Under the pieces are notes generated by a model. It was not told the origin of the DNA and did no database searches. It saw only the letters and a list, made by a program, of their open reading frames with translations. Of a stretch of 64,000 nt of DNA, positions 1 to 15,000 are shown in pieces. Positions within the stretch are counted from its first letter, which is position 1. Every line of letters begins with the position of its first letter. Source of the DNA: Phoronis australis (lineage: Eukaryota > Animalia > Phoronida); NCBI GenBank assembly GCA_002633005.1, contig NMRA01000660.1:11478-75477 (forward strand), written 5' to 3'. The translations under genes and the position numbers were made by a program.

Positions 1-26
1 TGCCTCCATTTGATTATTAACGATAG

Positions 27-93
27 GCGGCTCTGGAGGTGGTGTTGCAGCATTCTTCTTGGTAGCAGTCATCGTGGTTCTTGTTTACCTTAG
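27..93 (+). CDS. RPTP transmembrane exon
   Basis: [22 protein letters not shown] followed by donor AG|gtaag. The acceptor tag at 24-26 is inferred from an upstream in-frame stop. Confidence 0.75.
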
Positions 94-3000
94 GTAAGAG
101 TGTCTGGAAGGAAATCTGTATTGTCTCATGCTAGGCTCTCAATCAAAGGTATTGTTTTCATTTTCTACTCATTCGATATGACGTCATAGCTTGACCTTGC
201 CTCCTTTTGGTTCTTCTATTGATCTCCCTCTGTGAATAGGGTTTATCTTTAGTATAGATCTTCAAATACAAATATTGAAATTAATAATGTTTTATTTTAA
301 AAAATTAGGAACTCAGGGTAATGGGCATTTCTGATGTTGTTTGCCAAACCTGTGTCATATGGACAGTATAAAAACTGTTTTGGGCACAATTGTGCACATC
401 AAACTACTCGTTAAGCTAAAACTCGAAGTTTGAGTAACAAGTTTAATTAACAGCATTCATTAATTTTACCTCACTGTGTTCTCAGACGTCGCCGATCTAT
501 CAAGAAAAAGATGTCCCCGGATGTTCAGTTGGATCGTAAAAGGAAGGTGAGCCGCAGCATTGCTAGGGTTCAGTCATCTTGAATGTGTGTGGTGAAGTCA
601 CAGAACACATTCGAGTTCAACGAGCGTTTTCCAAAGTTTCAAGAACAGGAGCAACAGTGAACAAAAACTCACTATCTGGATTTTCCGTAGATAAGCCCTC
701 CCGAAAAATTATGCCCATGCGCGTTTACATGTATTTGGTGTTTTACTTCTGGGGTCAAGTGTTCAGATGGTGGAGAGTTAATTCGAAAATTCCTCTTAAA
801 AGCCCACTTTAATCACAAATTCAATTTAAATTTGTGGAGCATTTATACTTTATGAAAACGAACAAAGTGTTGACGATTTATGCATTTATTAAATTAAAAT
901 TTAAAAACAGTTGTAAGTAAAGTGCCAAAGTCATGAAACCTCTAAACATAGACCTATGTGGACTCAGTCCATGTCAATGTCTTCATCCTGCTCCTCCTCC
1001 AAATTTTCTGCTGACCCAGCTTGGTTACGATCATCTGTGCCACAACGAGATCTGGGAGCTTCATGCACATTAAATTTGTTGTCCAGCTGGGCAGATATTA
1101 CAAAAAACTGATTGTCTATTGCACAATTAACATTATTAACAGATATCAACGTATTCACAACAGTCCTTTTAAGGAATATCAATACACCCAGAAGGGTTGT
1201 TTCATTTACAAAAATACATATCGCGCTTCATGCTCGTATTTACGTAGGCCAAACTACGACTTTCCGTTTTCACGCGTCCCTTTTTCGAATAAACGCCCGG
1301 GCGTTGAATTGTTGTTACTAAAACGCCTGGAAGTTTTCATTTTCCGAACACACATCCATGGGATTATTTACATAAAATCCCGTTATATCTGTTGTAGTCA
1401 TACTATCATTCCTTAGCTGCCTCACGCATGTGGCGATATTGTTCGTATACATTAATGTCTGAAAACTGTGGATCTTCGCTAAAGTTGATAGTCATATAGT
1501 ACAAAATGTCTAAACTACAAGGCTAGGAGATTGCGATACACCGTGTCGAACGCAAAAAGCGATCCACGCACCTGCAAACACCATTCACTCACTTTCATAC
1601 ATGAAATCGGACTCACAAAACACGACTTATCAGCCCAAAAAACACGGCCACGGACTATCATTCACGTAGAAACACGATACACGCACCGCCAAACAAAGTT
1701 CACTCCCATAACGCATGTCTAATAAACAGTCACAAACTCGCCGTCTTACCGGGTAAGTAGCGCGAAATAAGTGATTATTACTACCCAGAAAAGAAATTGA
1801 TCAACCTTCCTGCTTTTAGCAACACCTTTTCCTAGAAATTTGTTTTTTGGCCAAACAGCAAGTCTTTTTACGGAATTCGAACGATCCATTTCATTTTTAG
1901 AAGAAAGCAAGATAACCGAAGTCGCCACTCTCAATGTCAATATTCAGAACTGATGATACAAAAAGGTTTTGGACGCCAATAAATTTTAGAACGAATAAGC
2001 AGTTAAGAAAACGTTTATTGTTTCTAATACACAACAATTACATCACATTACAGACAAACATATGATCAAAATTATATTTAATCTAGCACCTATTACACCA
2101 CTGTTAAGCCAACATCTAAATGGTTTCCGTAAAAAGTGTTTGGCGGTCCGTTTGTTGTGTTCTTAAGTGAATATAAGTCATGGTTGTTTTTTGGGTGAAT
2201 GAATCGTGTTTTGTAAGTCCGATCACGTGTATTTGATCCATTGAACGGTGTTTGCAGGTACATGAGTCGTGTTTTATGCGTCCAACATGTTGTTTTGCAA
2301 TCCGTTAATCATGTAATTTAGGTACCTTGTCAGTATGTGCTGAAACATTTTAACGTCATTTGTCTCTCCTTTTGGTTAAATTAACGCTCACGAGGACAGC
2401 TTTGTGTACAGTTTCATTAAGAAGTATTTTTTGGAGGAATTTACTCAGCTTTCAGGAACTTCTTACTAGAAATTAACCGTAATTCTTGAAAAACCTGCCG
2501 TCGAGTAAGCAATTAAGTGTTGATATGCCTGTCGCAAAATTTGATCATACCAAAGTTAAATGTTTTACTGTTGGAGTGTGAAGCTTTTTCTAAACAATTC
2601 GAGGATATATTTTTGTAATATGTCATCGAACATTGCTTTGCAGGCCTTTTCCCTTCCAATACTGTTTTTGGTGGCTCTATAAAACGAGGTAACTTATGAA
2701 CTCGTTCAACTTCCACTCGAAAATATGTTTCTTTCTAAACTATTGTGAAAAGTTCCCTGCTTCAATTATATATTTCTTTGAATTATAAGGTACAGAACGA
2801 ACGTCTGATATATTTCCCACTCATTCTAGAGAATCCTGTTGACAATAGTGGCAACAATGCTTACGCGAATGTGGCGTTTGCGAGCTCAAGTCTGCAACTT
2901 TCCCACCCACCCCCATGTGAGCCAGTGTACGAAGATTTCAACAAACCTATCAAAATTGAAGACTTAGTTTCGTATGTTGGGCGAGCGTTCGGTGACGACA

Positions 3001-6000
3001 CAGTTGTGAGGGAATACGAGGTATAGTAAGGCTTTTGTGTTAAGTTGCTTTTTCATCCACTCGTTTGCTTTCACGATGTGTTGCAAATTAAGAAGTTTAT
3101 ACGTTGCAAAGTTTTGGCAAACGTCATTTTAATTCCTCACTCTCAACAGTTCAAACGGCAAAAATATACTTAATGGGAAATGCTTTACTTTTCTCGGAAT
3201 TCTGGTCGGGGTTGTTCGGGACATTGTTTCTTGTATTCTTCAAACATAAACACGGCAGTTTAAAGTTCCATGCCATTTTTGCCCAAACAGCAATTAACTC
3301 GCTCTGAAGTCTTCTCTCTTGACTGCAGTGCTAAGCTGCCTGCTCCTAAATCTCGGTCAAAGATACGTCTTCCGTAGAAGCCTCGTCTTTCCCAGACTAT
3401 TACGTTTTGTTGAACAGATACCCTGTTATTTACAGTTTGGTGGGAGAGTTATAAAGACCAACTTGCGAAGACGAAAACGGCTTCCGTCCTCACTTCACTT
3501 TAATTTGAGAAGAGAATCATTTGATTGTCTTAACTTCATATGCAACTATGTAGAAATTCGAACCAATGTTGGTGCCTCCTCTAGTTTTTTTTTTGTTTGT
3601 TGTGCCATTGAACAACTTCAAATGGTTTTCACCGAAAGAAAAGTACTACAGAAGGGTTCACGTCGAATGGGGAGAACTAATTTGCCCAACGCAACGGAAA
3701 TATCACATTTTATGTGTTTAATGTTGAGCAAATACCATTTATCCTAATGAACCAGACCTCAATGTACTGTTTGTAATAAGCACTGTGTTATCCTACGCTG
3801 TTATTTGGTGATTCGTTCCTGAATGAAGAAATTTTATATCTTCCTCCTGCTGTCTTCAGATGACCGTTGTTGTGATCATAATGTGGTGTAAATGACGTTG
3901 AATGTTTGTTGATATTTTACAGAGCCTACCGAATGAACACATCTTCCCCCATAACGCCGGCTCTAAGGAAAAGAACAAGGAGAAGAATCGCTTCAAGAAC
4001 ATTTTGACATGTAATTTATAAATATACCAGTAGTGTTAGTGTACTGTTTCTTACTCCAGAATATAACTTTGTTGATCTGAGAGAAATACATCTTGGAGAT
4101 CATGTCGCTCTCTATATTGAAGGGGACACACGTCATTACCTGCTTCCACATCGGTTGTGATTGCTGCTCTTGAAATAGACATGTCTAAATTTTGTTTTAG
4201 CCTTATTACCATTTACTCACTTTAATCTAATGAAAAAAATTCACTGTAGCATGGAAAAATCTAACTTTAAAGAACCGGAGCAAGCGTATTACAAAGTCTA
4301 CTTATTCGAGTAACGTGGCACCAGATAATCATCACCAGCAGGAAACGATCGCCCATGTCAAACAAGTTGTCAGCTTTGTGACATAAATGGTGTTGGAACC
4401 TAACGTGCCTCGCGCGGGAGATATTAACCACGCAGTAGTATGTGATAGAGTCAGCTTGTCTGAAATGTAGTGTTTGCGAAATGAATTAGAGGACGGCTCA
4501 GTAAGATCGACTTGAACATTTTCTTTTAACTTACACACCCTCACCTCTATCAGTGACTGCAGTTATTTCTGGACTATCATTTGTAGATGACAAGAACCGT
4601 GTTGTTCTTGAAACTCTGCCACACGATGCCAACTCAGACTACATTAACGCCAGCTATATCGATGCTTACAACAGCCCGAAGGCGTTCATAGCAACAATTG
4701 GTAAGGATATGACGAAGAGTTTCCTTTTAATTAACACTATGCATTTTGATTTTAAACCAATGATTAAGCGTCTTCTAAGCTTAGAAATCTGACTGTTCTT
4801 TTGTACAATAACTGAAAAATCTTGTCTGTCTTCACAAAATAATGTGTATTGTGCATGAAGAGTAGAGTACGTCTGTAAAGACCTTGTCATTAAATTGAGT
4901 AAATTTGAACTAAGACGACTATCATTTCCTTCATTTTTATTGATTAAGAATGTAAAATGAGAAAAGTCAAAGGATGTTCCCAAAATGTGATTGTTTCTCA
5001 CATTACAACCTATAGTTGCATTTCTTACTATCGATTTCATAAAAGTGTTCAGTGTTTTCGTCAACAAAGTCCAGTTATGCAATAGAAGGAAGACACACAT
5101 CAAATCGAATGGCCATTTCTCGATGACGTATCCCCATAAATTCTATGGGAAGAAAAAAAATAAACGTAAACTCTGAACAAAAACTGTTTGCTTTGAAAAA
5201 ATTAAATTCTTCTCATGAAGGTTTACCTAAAATGAAGAGGAGATAGTATATTGAAAATGAGTGTTGGTGCTCTGATTCGTACCTCTGTTCGTTTGCTTAT
5301 TGTAGGTCCCAACAAACACACTGTGGACGACTTTTGGAGAATGATATGGCAAGAAGGAGTGAGAAGGATCGTCATGGTAACAAAGTGTGTTGAAGACGGC
5401 AAGGTAAGCACTAGATGATTTCTCCTTTTTGAATCATCAATTGATTATATAGAATGTTGACAATGGAAACTTCATTAGAAATCCTACATAGAAATCCTGA
5501 AAACTTTTGTTGAGCGTTGATCCACTGCATCTCAATGCTTGTATTATATGATGTTGGTCAATTCTTCTGCTGAAAGCAAAAATTGCACTTTAAATGCAGT
5601 AGTCGAAAAAAGGGGAAATGTATTAAAAGTCTTTATTCATAATTTTCATTATGTTTGAGCAAACCTTGTAAGAAAGTTATGTCACAGTTCTTTAAATCCG
5701 AAAAACAATCTCATAAAAGATTTCTATCAACCTGACGTCCTGACTGGCAACACATCTAGCTTACTTGCTACGGTTGATGTACTGTAAATATTATCACTGT
5801 AGCGCAAGTGTGAGCAGTACTGGCCTGTAAATACGGCGATAACACACGGTGATATCAAGGTGGTCCCTGTTGATATTGAAAGAGAGGACCATTACACCAT
5901 AAGGAAATTTGAAATAGTTCAGGTATATAAGTGAAAGCTCATAATGTACTTAGCATGGCCGTTACCTTTAAAATAATTTGTACTCAAGTGCATGATTCAT

Positions 6001-9000
6001 AATCTATAACACTTACTTCTTAAATGCTCCTATTGATGTAAAATATATTCTAAAAACAATGTAAATATATATGTAATCTTGAGACAAGCCACAACTCATA
6101 AAAATTCAACTTCTACAAATTACATTCGCAATTTGGAAACAGCTGGAAACGAAAGCTGAGCCGCTGGAGACCACCCAGTACCACTTCACGTCCTGGCCAG
6201 ACAGCGGAGTTCCCAGCAACTCTTCCGCTCTGTGGAAGTTCCACCAAACCGTCAAAAGCCACATCCAAGACGATAATGACGGTGTACCGACCGTGGTTCA
6301 CTGCAGGTATTTTCAACATGCGTTACAGCTCGATAGAACGTCTCCCGATTTGTATGTATCCATAATACCTGAATTACGCAGTTTGTTCATCAAATCGCTA
6401 TGAACCGTTTTCAATGAGAGGGGGGGGGGTCTCAAATGCGGAAACACGTTGCCGTATTTTTAGTCCATCGACATAAATTTTCTCAACAGAAGATCGTCAG
6501 CCCCCGCAACTTTCGGGCCGTACACATACAATTGCGCTTTGTCCAATTTCCCCGAGGATNCACATACAATTGCGCTTTGCCCAATTCCCCGAGGATGTTG
6601 GGCCACCCTGTTGTGGTATCCTAGATCTGCCATTGCGGTAACATTTTTGCTTACTGCTGTACAGCAAGATGTTGACCCAAATTTTTGTTGCGTCCAACCC
6701 CTCACGTTAAGAATATCTCCATTCCATTCTGGAATGCTAAATGATTGTTTTAGAGAACAAATAGATTATAAAAAACTGTTCTTTGCAGGTTTTAGGCTTT
6801 ATAAAGTGACTTTTCCTCACCGATGAACGGATATAAACAAAAGCCGAAACAATTGAGAGCTTCTACCACACATTTTAAAAAAAGTGAACGTGAATGCGTG
6901 AAGTCGACCTTCTTTGCTTACTACGTTACAATAATGACCTAAATTTTCGCGTTTTGTCTTGTCATACGCACAGGCGTCCCAGCTTATGATAGTCTCCAAT
7001 CCGATACATTATATATATACTACAAGGTATGACACTTGGGACTAGGAATTTCCACTGGTGCGTCACTTCAACCGTCCATATCAAACACAAAACTTAACAA
7101 ATTGACACAAAACTGGTTCAGCAAACCATGAGGAATTTTTCTTTCTTCTAATAGCAATTACGGTGTCCTGCTCTACTGCAACATATTCGCAGTCAAAAAA
7201 CAAAAATCTTCCTAAAAAGCCGCTGCTTAGTGTCAGTGTGCCCCACGGAAATTAACGATTGTCACGGAAGGTCAATACATCGATAACTCTACACTTATTC
7301 ATAACCTTCCGAGATAAACCGGCAATTGCCATCCTTCCGTAACTCACTGGATAATTTCCCTAACAACTAGCGTGGGCAAATTGACAGTACACAGCAGTCT
7401 TTTGGGAAGAATTTTGTTCTTTGTAAGCGAATTTGATGCAAACTCGCTGCAGCAGGACACTGTAAAAGCTAACAGAAGAAAGAACAATTGCTCATGGTTT
7501 GCTGACCATTTTTGTGTAAATTTATTTAGTTATGTGTTTGATATGGACGGCTGAAGTAAAGCACCGGTAAAATGACTAGCTGTTCTGGCATAGACGTAAA
7601 CTCTATTCGAATGCTTTTGTTATATGCTTTTCTTAAATTATCATCCGTATCTAATATGAACACGACAACGCCCAGTAGCTTCAAGTCATCAAACAGCGCC
7701 AAATCGAACAGATTATTGTCTGTGATTTGGTCATTGACTTCAGCGCCACCACTAAAGTGGGCGTGCGTGTAGCCGAAACAAAAAACGTAACACAACGAAC
7801 ACGTGAGCATGAACCTGCGACTCACACGTTCGCACTTGCATTAAACTTGTAGCCGAAAGTCTATTAATAAGTGGTACCGTGAACATGTAAAAGTTTAGTT
7901 GAGGTATGCTGCAGGGGAGACTTCGCAGGGAAGTTAGTTTCATCGTTGTAACAGTTTCATGTCAACTTCTTGCAGTGCCGGCGTTGGTCGAACTGGTACT
8001 TTCATCATGATGGACATTCTGTGCGATCAAGCAGAGGCAGAAGGAGCAATTGACGTTATGGGCCAACTTAGGCAACTGCGCCAGCAGCGAGTGAATATGG
8101 TCCAAACGCTAGTATGTGCAAACGCAGTGTTCAGAATTGGCACATCAATTCCATTTTCCGAAATGTATCTAGTGCCTGCATGTTAAAACTTGAGATTTTA
8201 AATAATATAGAGGTTGCTGGAGAAAAATTAGAGAAAAGGTGAATTGGAACGTGTTTAGTTATCTCTGGGAATAATTAATGAAATGGCATTTTTGGAATAG
8301 ACAAATAGCCAAAGCAACACTTTAACGCAAGGAAGAACCAGATTTGGATATTTTGCGCTATATCATATTATATTACCATAACTTGGTTTCGCAACAAAAG
8401 AAAAAACTTAATTAATCAGCATAAGAAAATATTTGCAGGTGATCTTGTACACGTTTAGGGAAGTCTGTTACTAGCTAACGCATGCGCAGTTTACACCTTT
8501 GCTTGTACTTACCTTACACGTGCGCGTTAGGCAAAATTTTATATTGATGCGGCTTCCGATTCCCGAGTTAATGAATGGACACAATACATTCACAATATGA
8601 AGTCAATTATCGCGTAATTCAATCGTCCACTTGACCTCTCTACTAACTTGTACACGAGAATGATTGACAAGCTGCGAATTGACCAAATTTTGAGGGAATT
8701 GCAAGGGGTTCATTTCCACAGCGATGTCAATGTTTGACAAGGAATGTCGGTCAGCATACACTTCATGCCAATCATATGGCTTGGGTTCAAGCGCCTTTCA
8801 GGGTTAACTGAGATGCATTCAGTAGTCGTGTAAACTCGTCCTGGAACGCAGTAACCCGCTACAAGATAGATTTACAAGTAAATGAGTCTACGCGAGCGCG
8901 ATGACGTGTAAAACCCGCTCACGTTACCGACTGACAGACTTGGAATTCCATACACTTTGTTAAAACTGAGCCGACAAGCTCGAAACCTGAGTCAAGGGTT

Positions 9001-12000
9001 AAGCAGTGTGGCCACGTTTGACTCGAATCGACGACCTCGAGTAAAGAAAGCGGGCACCTGTCACATCAGGTCACACTGCCTAATCACCGAAACCAGCTGA
9101 TCGTTTGGGCTAAAGAAAAACATCGCGCGCGCAATGGATGGCGGGAACTCAAGCCGTCGACACAGATGTCTAGTCATTATTTAGAAGGATGGATGGATAT
9201 CCGACAAATTGCTAGTCTGGTTGCACACATTTTAGTTAGTTATTTTCTATCTGTAAAAGGACCACCGTATTGCATTTTTGTTATATATTGTCCTCATTTT
9301 GGTCACGTGATTGTCATTATCGAGTTTCCCTTCACCTAGTCTATTCAAATCATATCGACTTGACGAAGAAAAACTGAGCAGTGCTAATGTTGGAAGACGA
9401 AAGCAGTTGTTTCGTGAAACAAACACTTTCTAGTTATTCTTAGATTACTGTGAATATTTGTAGAGCAAGCGAGCGTTTTTGAAAATAGTGCTAATGTTGA
9501 AGAGATGTAACCATTTCTGTCAATAACCAATCCTACAAAAACAATGACAAGTACATTGGGCCTACTAGTGCTGCGACCACAAAATTTATCTAACATTTTC
9601 ACATTAGGACCAGTACAAGTTCATCTACACCGCCATGGTAGAGAAATTGCACAGTGGCGACACCTTCATTCCAACGGCTAAGTTTGTGTCTCGTCTGAAG
9701 GAACTCACGTTCACCGATAGTATTCTCCAGAAAGAGTTCAGGGTGAGTCTCGGTCCGCCATTGCGTTATTCTGGTGCACAAACGCCCCGGAGGTATCCAT
9801 AATTATCTTGTAAAGAACAGAAATCTAATTTGATTTTGTTAATCAGAAGAGCAAGGACTTATTTTTCAGGCATCCATACTTAAACGTATGGATGCCTGCA
9901 AAAAAGTTAGACACCTGTGTTTTTAAGAAACATTTGATTTGTTGCTTAGCTCAAAACGGACTGCACCCCTATACTTTCCCGCCTAGCAATTTACTGAACG
10001 CTCTATGATTTGCATGCTTATGAATTTAAATACATGCAGCCTTTGTCATTTTTTTATTTTGAACTTCAATTTCTGTATATGAATCCAGAAGATTAGTTTG
10101 CCCTGTTACTAGAGGTTTGAAGTTAAGAGTAACACGGCTGGAACTGATTCACTTGCATTGTAGACAGTAAACCGCTTGTGTCATGCCGGTGACGATGAAG
10201 AATACGCCGCAGGACGGTTAAAAGAAAACGTTCCTAAGAACAGAGACCAACATATTCTTCCGCGTGAGTACTTTGATGTTGGATATCTAAAACAGGCATT
10301 GTACCAAACTAATCAACAACTTGATAAATTCACCGGCTTCGTTTGTGTTGAATCGATGCTTTCGTTCTTACTTGGGATACAAATTCTCACGTATAAATAT
10401 ATTGAATATCATTTCAGTGGGAAGGTCAAGGCCGTATTTGGTGACTGCGGCAGAAAAAGGCGGAAACGATTATATTAATGCTGTATTTGTCAATGTAAGT
10501 ACTGCGTCAATGTAAACACCGTATCAATGTAAGTACCGTGTCAATGTAAGTACCGGGCCAAAGTAAGTACAGTTTCAATGTAAGTACCGTGTCAATGTAA
10601 GTACCGTGCCAAAGTAAGTACAGTTTCAATGTAAGTACCGTGTCAATGTAAGTACCGTGTCAATGTAAGTACCGTGTCAATGTAAGTACCGTGTCAATGT
10701 AAGTACCGTGTCAATGTAAGTACCGTGTCAATGTAAGTACCGTGCCAATTAAGTACAGTGTCAATGTAAGTACTGTGTCAATGTTAGTACCGTGTCAATG
10801 TTAGTACCGTGTCAATGTAAGTATCGTGTCAAGGTAAGTACCGTGTCAATGTAAGTACTGTGCCAATGTAAGCACTGTGCCAATGTAAGTGCTGTGTTAA
10901 TGTAAGTACTGTGTCAATGTTGGATGTCGTTACGTCAGTGTTAACCGTCTCTATTTGAAATGCACTGGCTGCTTTATAACTAAAATGATTACTTTCATAT
11001 ATGTCATTTCTTTTTCGTCCAACTTGTGCCATTTGGACACGTGACAAATTACACGAGTTGCCTGCATTCGTTATAGTCACTTACATGGGTCTCTGATGTT
11101 GAGAACCAGTATCCTACACTAAATAACTGGCATCTAACTTGTTGTAAAATCCGCGAACCTTGACTTTGACTAGCCCCAGTTGAACGTTTTTAAGACTTGT
11201 TTCAGCCGTATCACTGAGTCTATATACAGATTACACTGCTGACCAGAAATGCAACTGGCTGTGTAATATATGGGCTACAGATATTCATTGCACGAGGAAG
11301 TCGTACCCATAGTAATGACTTCCTGATTGCACGTGTAAATTATTAGGTAAAACAACTTATAAACGCATGGAAATGCATGAAATGCCTGCACTAATAAATA
11401 GTCTTACATTAAGGGAACAGCTATTCCATTGGTGTGACTCTCGACAAGTAATTCAGTGGTCTGTTTAACTAAGTAGTCGCAGCCAGTCTCCTTGCCATCA
11501 GGGAAGAATTTATTTAGCGGAGTGGGATGCTGCCTTAAGCTGTTGTAGACTTTTCGGCAAGTTAAGAGTCCTGAACACGGATGAAAATTTCCCCATGTTT
11601 CTCCGGAAATGTGTCTTAGACAATACAGCAAACAGAGAGGTGGTGAATATAATGGAGACTGTTCTTCTGTTTTTCATACGTTGATTGAAAGATGCTACAT
11701 GTGCAAATACACCTGTCCATCACAAAACTAACACTTGATCACATTCTGTGGTGAAAGTGTGACTTAATGAAATTAATTAATTAGGTATTTCAGAGAACTG
11801 ACTGTTGCTTGAGTTCAGTCTCCACAAGTTGGTTTGTCACGGCGTATCATGTTTTGCGCCGATCATGGGTCAACGAGTGGTGATTGGAGCTGTCAGTTAT
11901 TTGCAAACTCCCGCTTCGTGTCTGATTAAGGGATGCGTTGCTTTCTTTACCAAAATAAATAGTGATACCAGAATATTAGAACTTTTTAACGTTCGCATAT

Positions 12001-15000
12001 ATTTATCAGAAGCGGTTCTACAATATTTCCGTTTGCTATCGTTTCAGGGATATAATCAACGCGATGCCTTCATCGTAACACAAAGTCCGTTACCCAACAC
12101 CGTTTGTGATTTCTGGAGGATGATTCACGATCACGAATGTCACGTTATTGTCATGTTGAACGATGCCAAAGGAAAAGATCATGTGAGATTCGTTGCAGAT
12201 TGCTGATTGTGCACGCCCTCTGTAAAGAGCATAGCACTTGATGTTACCTTAAAGTTGTCGATTAAATAATCGATTTCTAATATTTTCTTTATTCCAAAAA
12301 AGTTGCAAAAATGTCATTTGTAAGCCTCCTTATGACTGGCCACATATCGATCGAACTCCGAGTCTTAGCACGAGCGGACTATTATGGGATAAGCAGAAGT
12401 GATTGGGGTTTTGTTGATGCCGTTTTAGTTGGCGCTACCGATCGTCGCCCGACGGTCATCCAATATGACCATTTTTCTGCGGTAACCGCATTTAATAGAC
12501 ATTGTAAGCTTCACGTAACCAAGGCATAACGGGAAGCAAAACCAGTCCTGTAATAAGTCCCTACGAAGAGATCACCTGTCTAAGTTTAGTTTTTATATTT
12601 CCTTATTTCAGAAATCCCCTCAATACTGGCCAGATGAAGGAACGATGCTTTTCGAGCGTTATGAGATTAAATTCGTTGGTTCCAGATGTCACCACAATGA
12701 CGTCATTAAGCAGAGAACTTTCACTTTGACTGACACTATGAAAAAGGTATGTCACTACAGCTGTGTCCATGACGTGCGTCATCTCGGGTTTAGGCGCCAG
12801 CGTCGATTATTCACATACACATACAAAGGAATTGTGAAGAGTGTGTGGTCATCTGACATGGCGAGGACAGTATTGAAAGAGCTCTAATTTCCCTTAATTC
12901 TCCTTGCCTAACAGGAACCGTAAGTGTCGAGTGACAGAAAGTCATTATGCACTCTTATCACGCTTGTATTTTTAGTCTTACGTTCTTTGCAACTGCTACA
13001 TTGCTTGTCACAAAATTCTCGTTCTGTAGTCTAATTTCCTAACTGCGAATCGAAATTGTGATTGACTTTAACTCTACTTCCCTGAAACGATTAAGATTAA
13101 GTGTTTGTTACTCTGTGGCTTAGTGTGTCACGGTTCACACAGATGATTGTTTAGTCCAGCCACAAAACACAAGAAATAATGAAGTACCGAGTAAAAATGG
13201 ACATCAGAGTTTCAAACTCATACGCATGTAGCTTTATTTCTGCTGTGATAAAAAACAATCTGGAATCAGACAGTCATCTACGTGAATCATAACTCACTCC
13301 TGTACTTTTCTTAAAAAGAAAAGTGGAAACTGTTAAAAATGAAATTCGATATTGAGTAGAATACAGAGGTCATAGCACGTTGACTGGACTGGAATTTACT
13401 TTTAACATGCATTTGTACCCACCATTTTATTTTCGTAGTGATTTCACGATGAGATAAAGCCTATCTTTGTGAGAGCCCAGCCTTTATGCCTACACATTGT
13501 GGATTCTGACTGTTCTATTAGTTTGCACTATGTAAACCATTATCTCTCCAAAACTATTCGTAGGACTACGATGAATACTGTATGCCAGTTGTTTAACCAG
13601 GAAATTAGTCAAGGTGACCCAAAGACAACACAAGAACAGTGTCATTTTCAAGCGTGCACCCACGGGGGCTCGGGGGACTCAAATGACCCCCCATTTCGCG
13701 AAGTGAGCAAAAAGGTCAGCCTCAGACACACAAAGAGTCCGAAACAATAGAAAACGAGACAAACGTCCACAAAAAAGGCAGATGGACAACTCAAACCTCT
13801 GAACCTAGCCATTTTTTAGTAAAAGGTCCACATTCTCACAAATTACAGCCTCCCTTTTTTAGGATGGGTGTGCGCATGATTTTTAAAGATGAGACTGTGA
13901 GTCTCCGAATCTATTTCGATGCCAAATTAATTTCTGAAGACTGCACAGTACCGATATGCTGGTTTACTTGTTTTTCCTGTCAATTATTTCACAACCGCAA
14001 ACAATTTAGAATATAATAGAATAGAATGGAATATAAAAGAGTAGGATGGTTTTTATATAATTGTTACACAATGAAGTGAAAACATAAACCAAGGATTTTC
14101 CACAGACCATCATAGTTACGGAAAATAAGAGGAATAAATATAAGAAATAATATGATAAACCGAACTAAAATAGACTCTCCTGGGGTTCCCCACCGAATAG
14201 ATAAAATGGGACAATATTGTCATTTCGTTACATAACGTCTAACAAGGTGTCTATAGCCCTGAAGATGAAGTCCTACAAAACCTTGGGTTGAATTCCACTG
14301 TGCAGCTACACGAGAGCACCATGACGTCGAGGGAAGAGTTAAAAAATCGCACCCCTTCTTGCCGAAGGTCTATTTCAAATGAGTCTTTGCTTTCAGCCAA
14401 ACGACAGAGGTCGGACAATCAAACATTTTGAAGTGAGAGGTTGGTCAAACAAACTGGCTGTACCACCAGCGGGTGTACAAAGTGCACTTATCGAGCTTCT
14501 TGAGATTGTGGAATCGGCTCGACACCAAACTGGAGAGCATGCTGTCGCAGTGCAATGTTTGTGAGTAATGTTGATACCTTACATCAGAGTCATTGCATTA
14601 ATTACAAATAAAACGCTTACCAGAAAGGTTAATGTGGTAGTCTAAACTCTGTACCCGGTACTGGACACGAAAATTGACCAGTTGTGCTGCACCTTCGAGT
14701 AATTTTGCAGATTAGTAGCCTGGTCGTGCGCGTGATTGCTGAAGTTTCGCTTATGAATCTAGATTCTAGACCTCGGTCTGCATTCCATGAAGACAGTTAA
14801 TACACGAGTCCACGATTTCGTATACCATCTTGAATATATCATTAAGCGTATCAAACAAAGCAATTCTCGTACATGTAAGTTACCTATATAGGTGGACGGG
14901 AGAGTAACGAGGACATTTAAAAAATAAAACTTTTCGAAAGATTTCTATTGTCAAAGTTCGTAACAATGCCATTCCGGACATGGCTACAAACTATGTTCCC

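Noticed and set aside
6521-6598. 38-bp tandem duplication
   Set aside because: The two copies are separated by a single N, so this is most likely a contig-join or haplotype overlap artifact inside a MITE relic.
10495-10918. CRISPR-like array
   Set aside because: Contiguous 17-bp units with no unique spacers, no cas genes, and a eukaryotic intron context.
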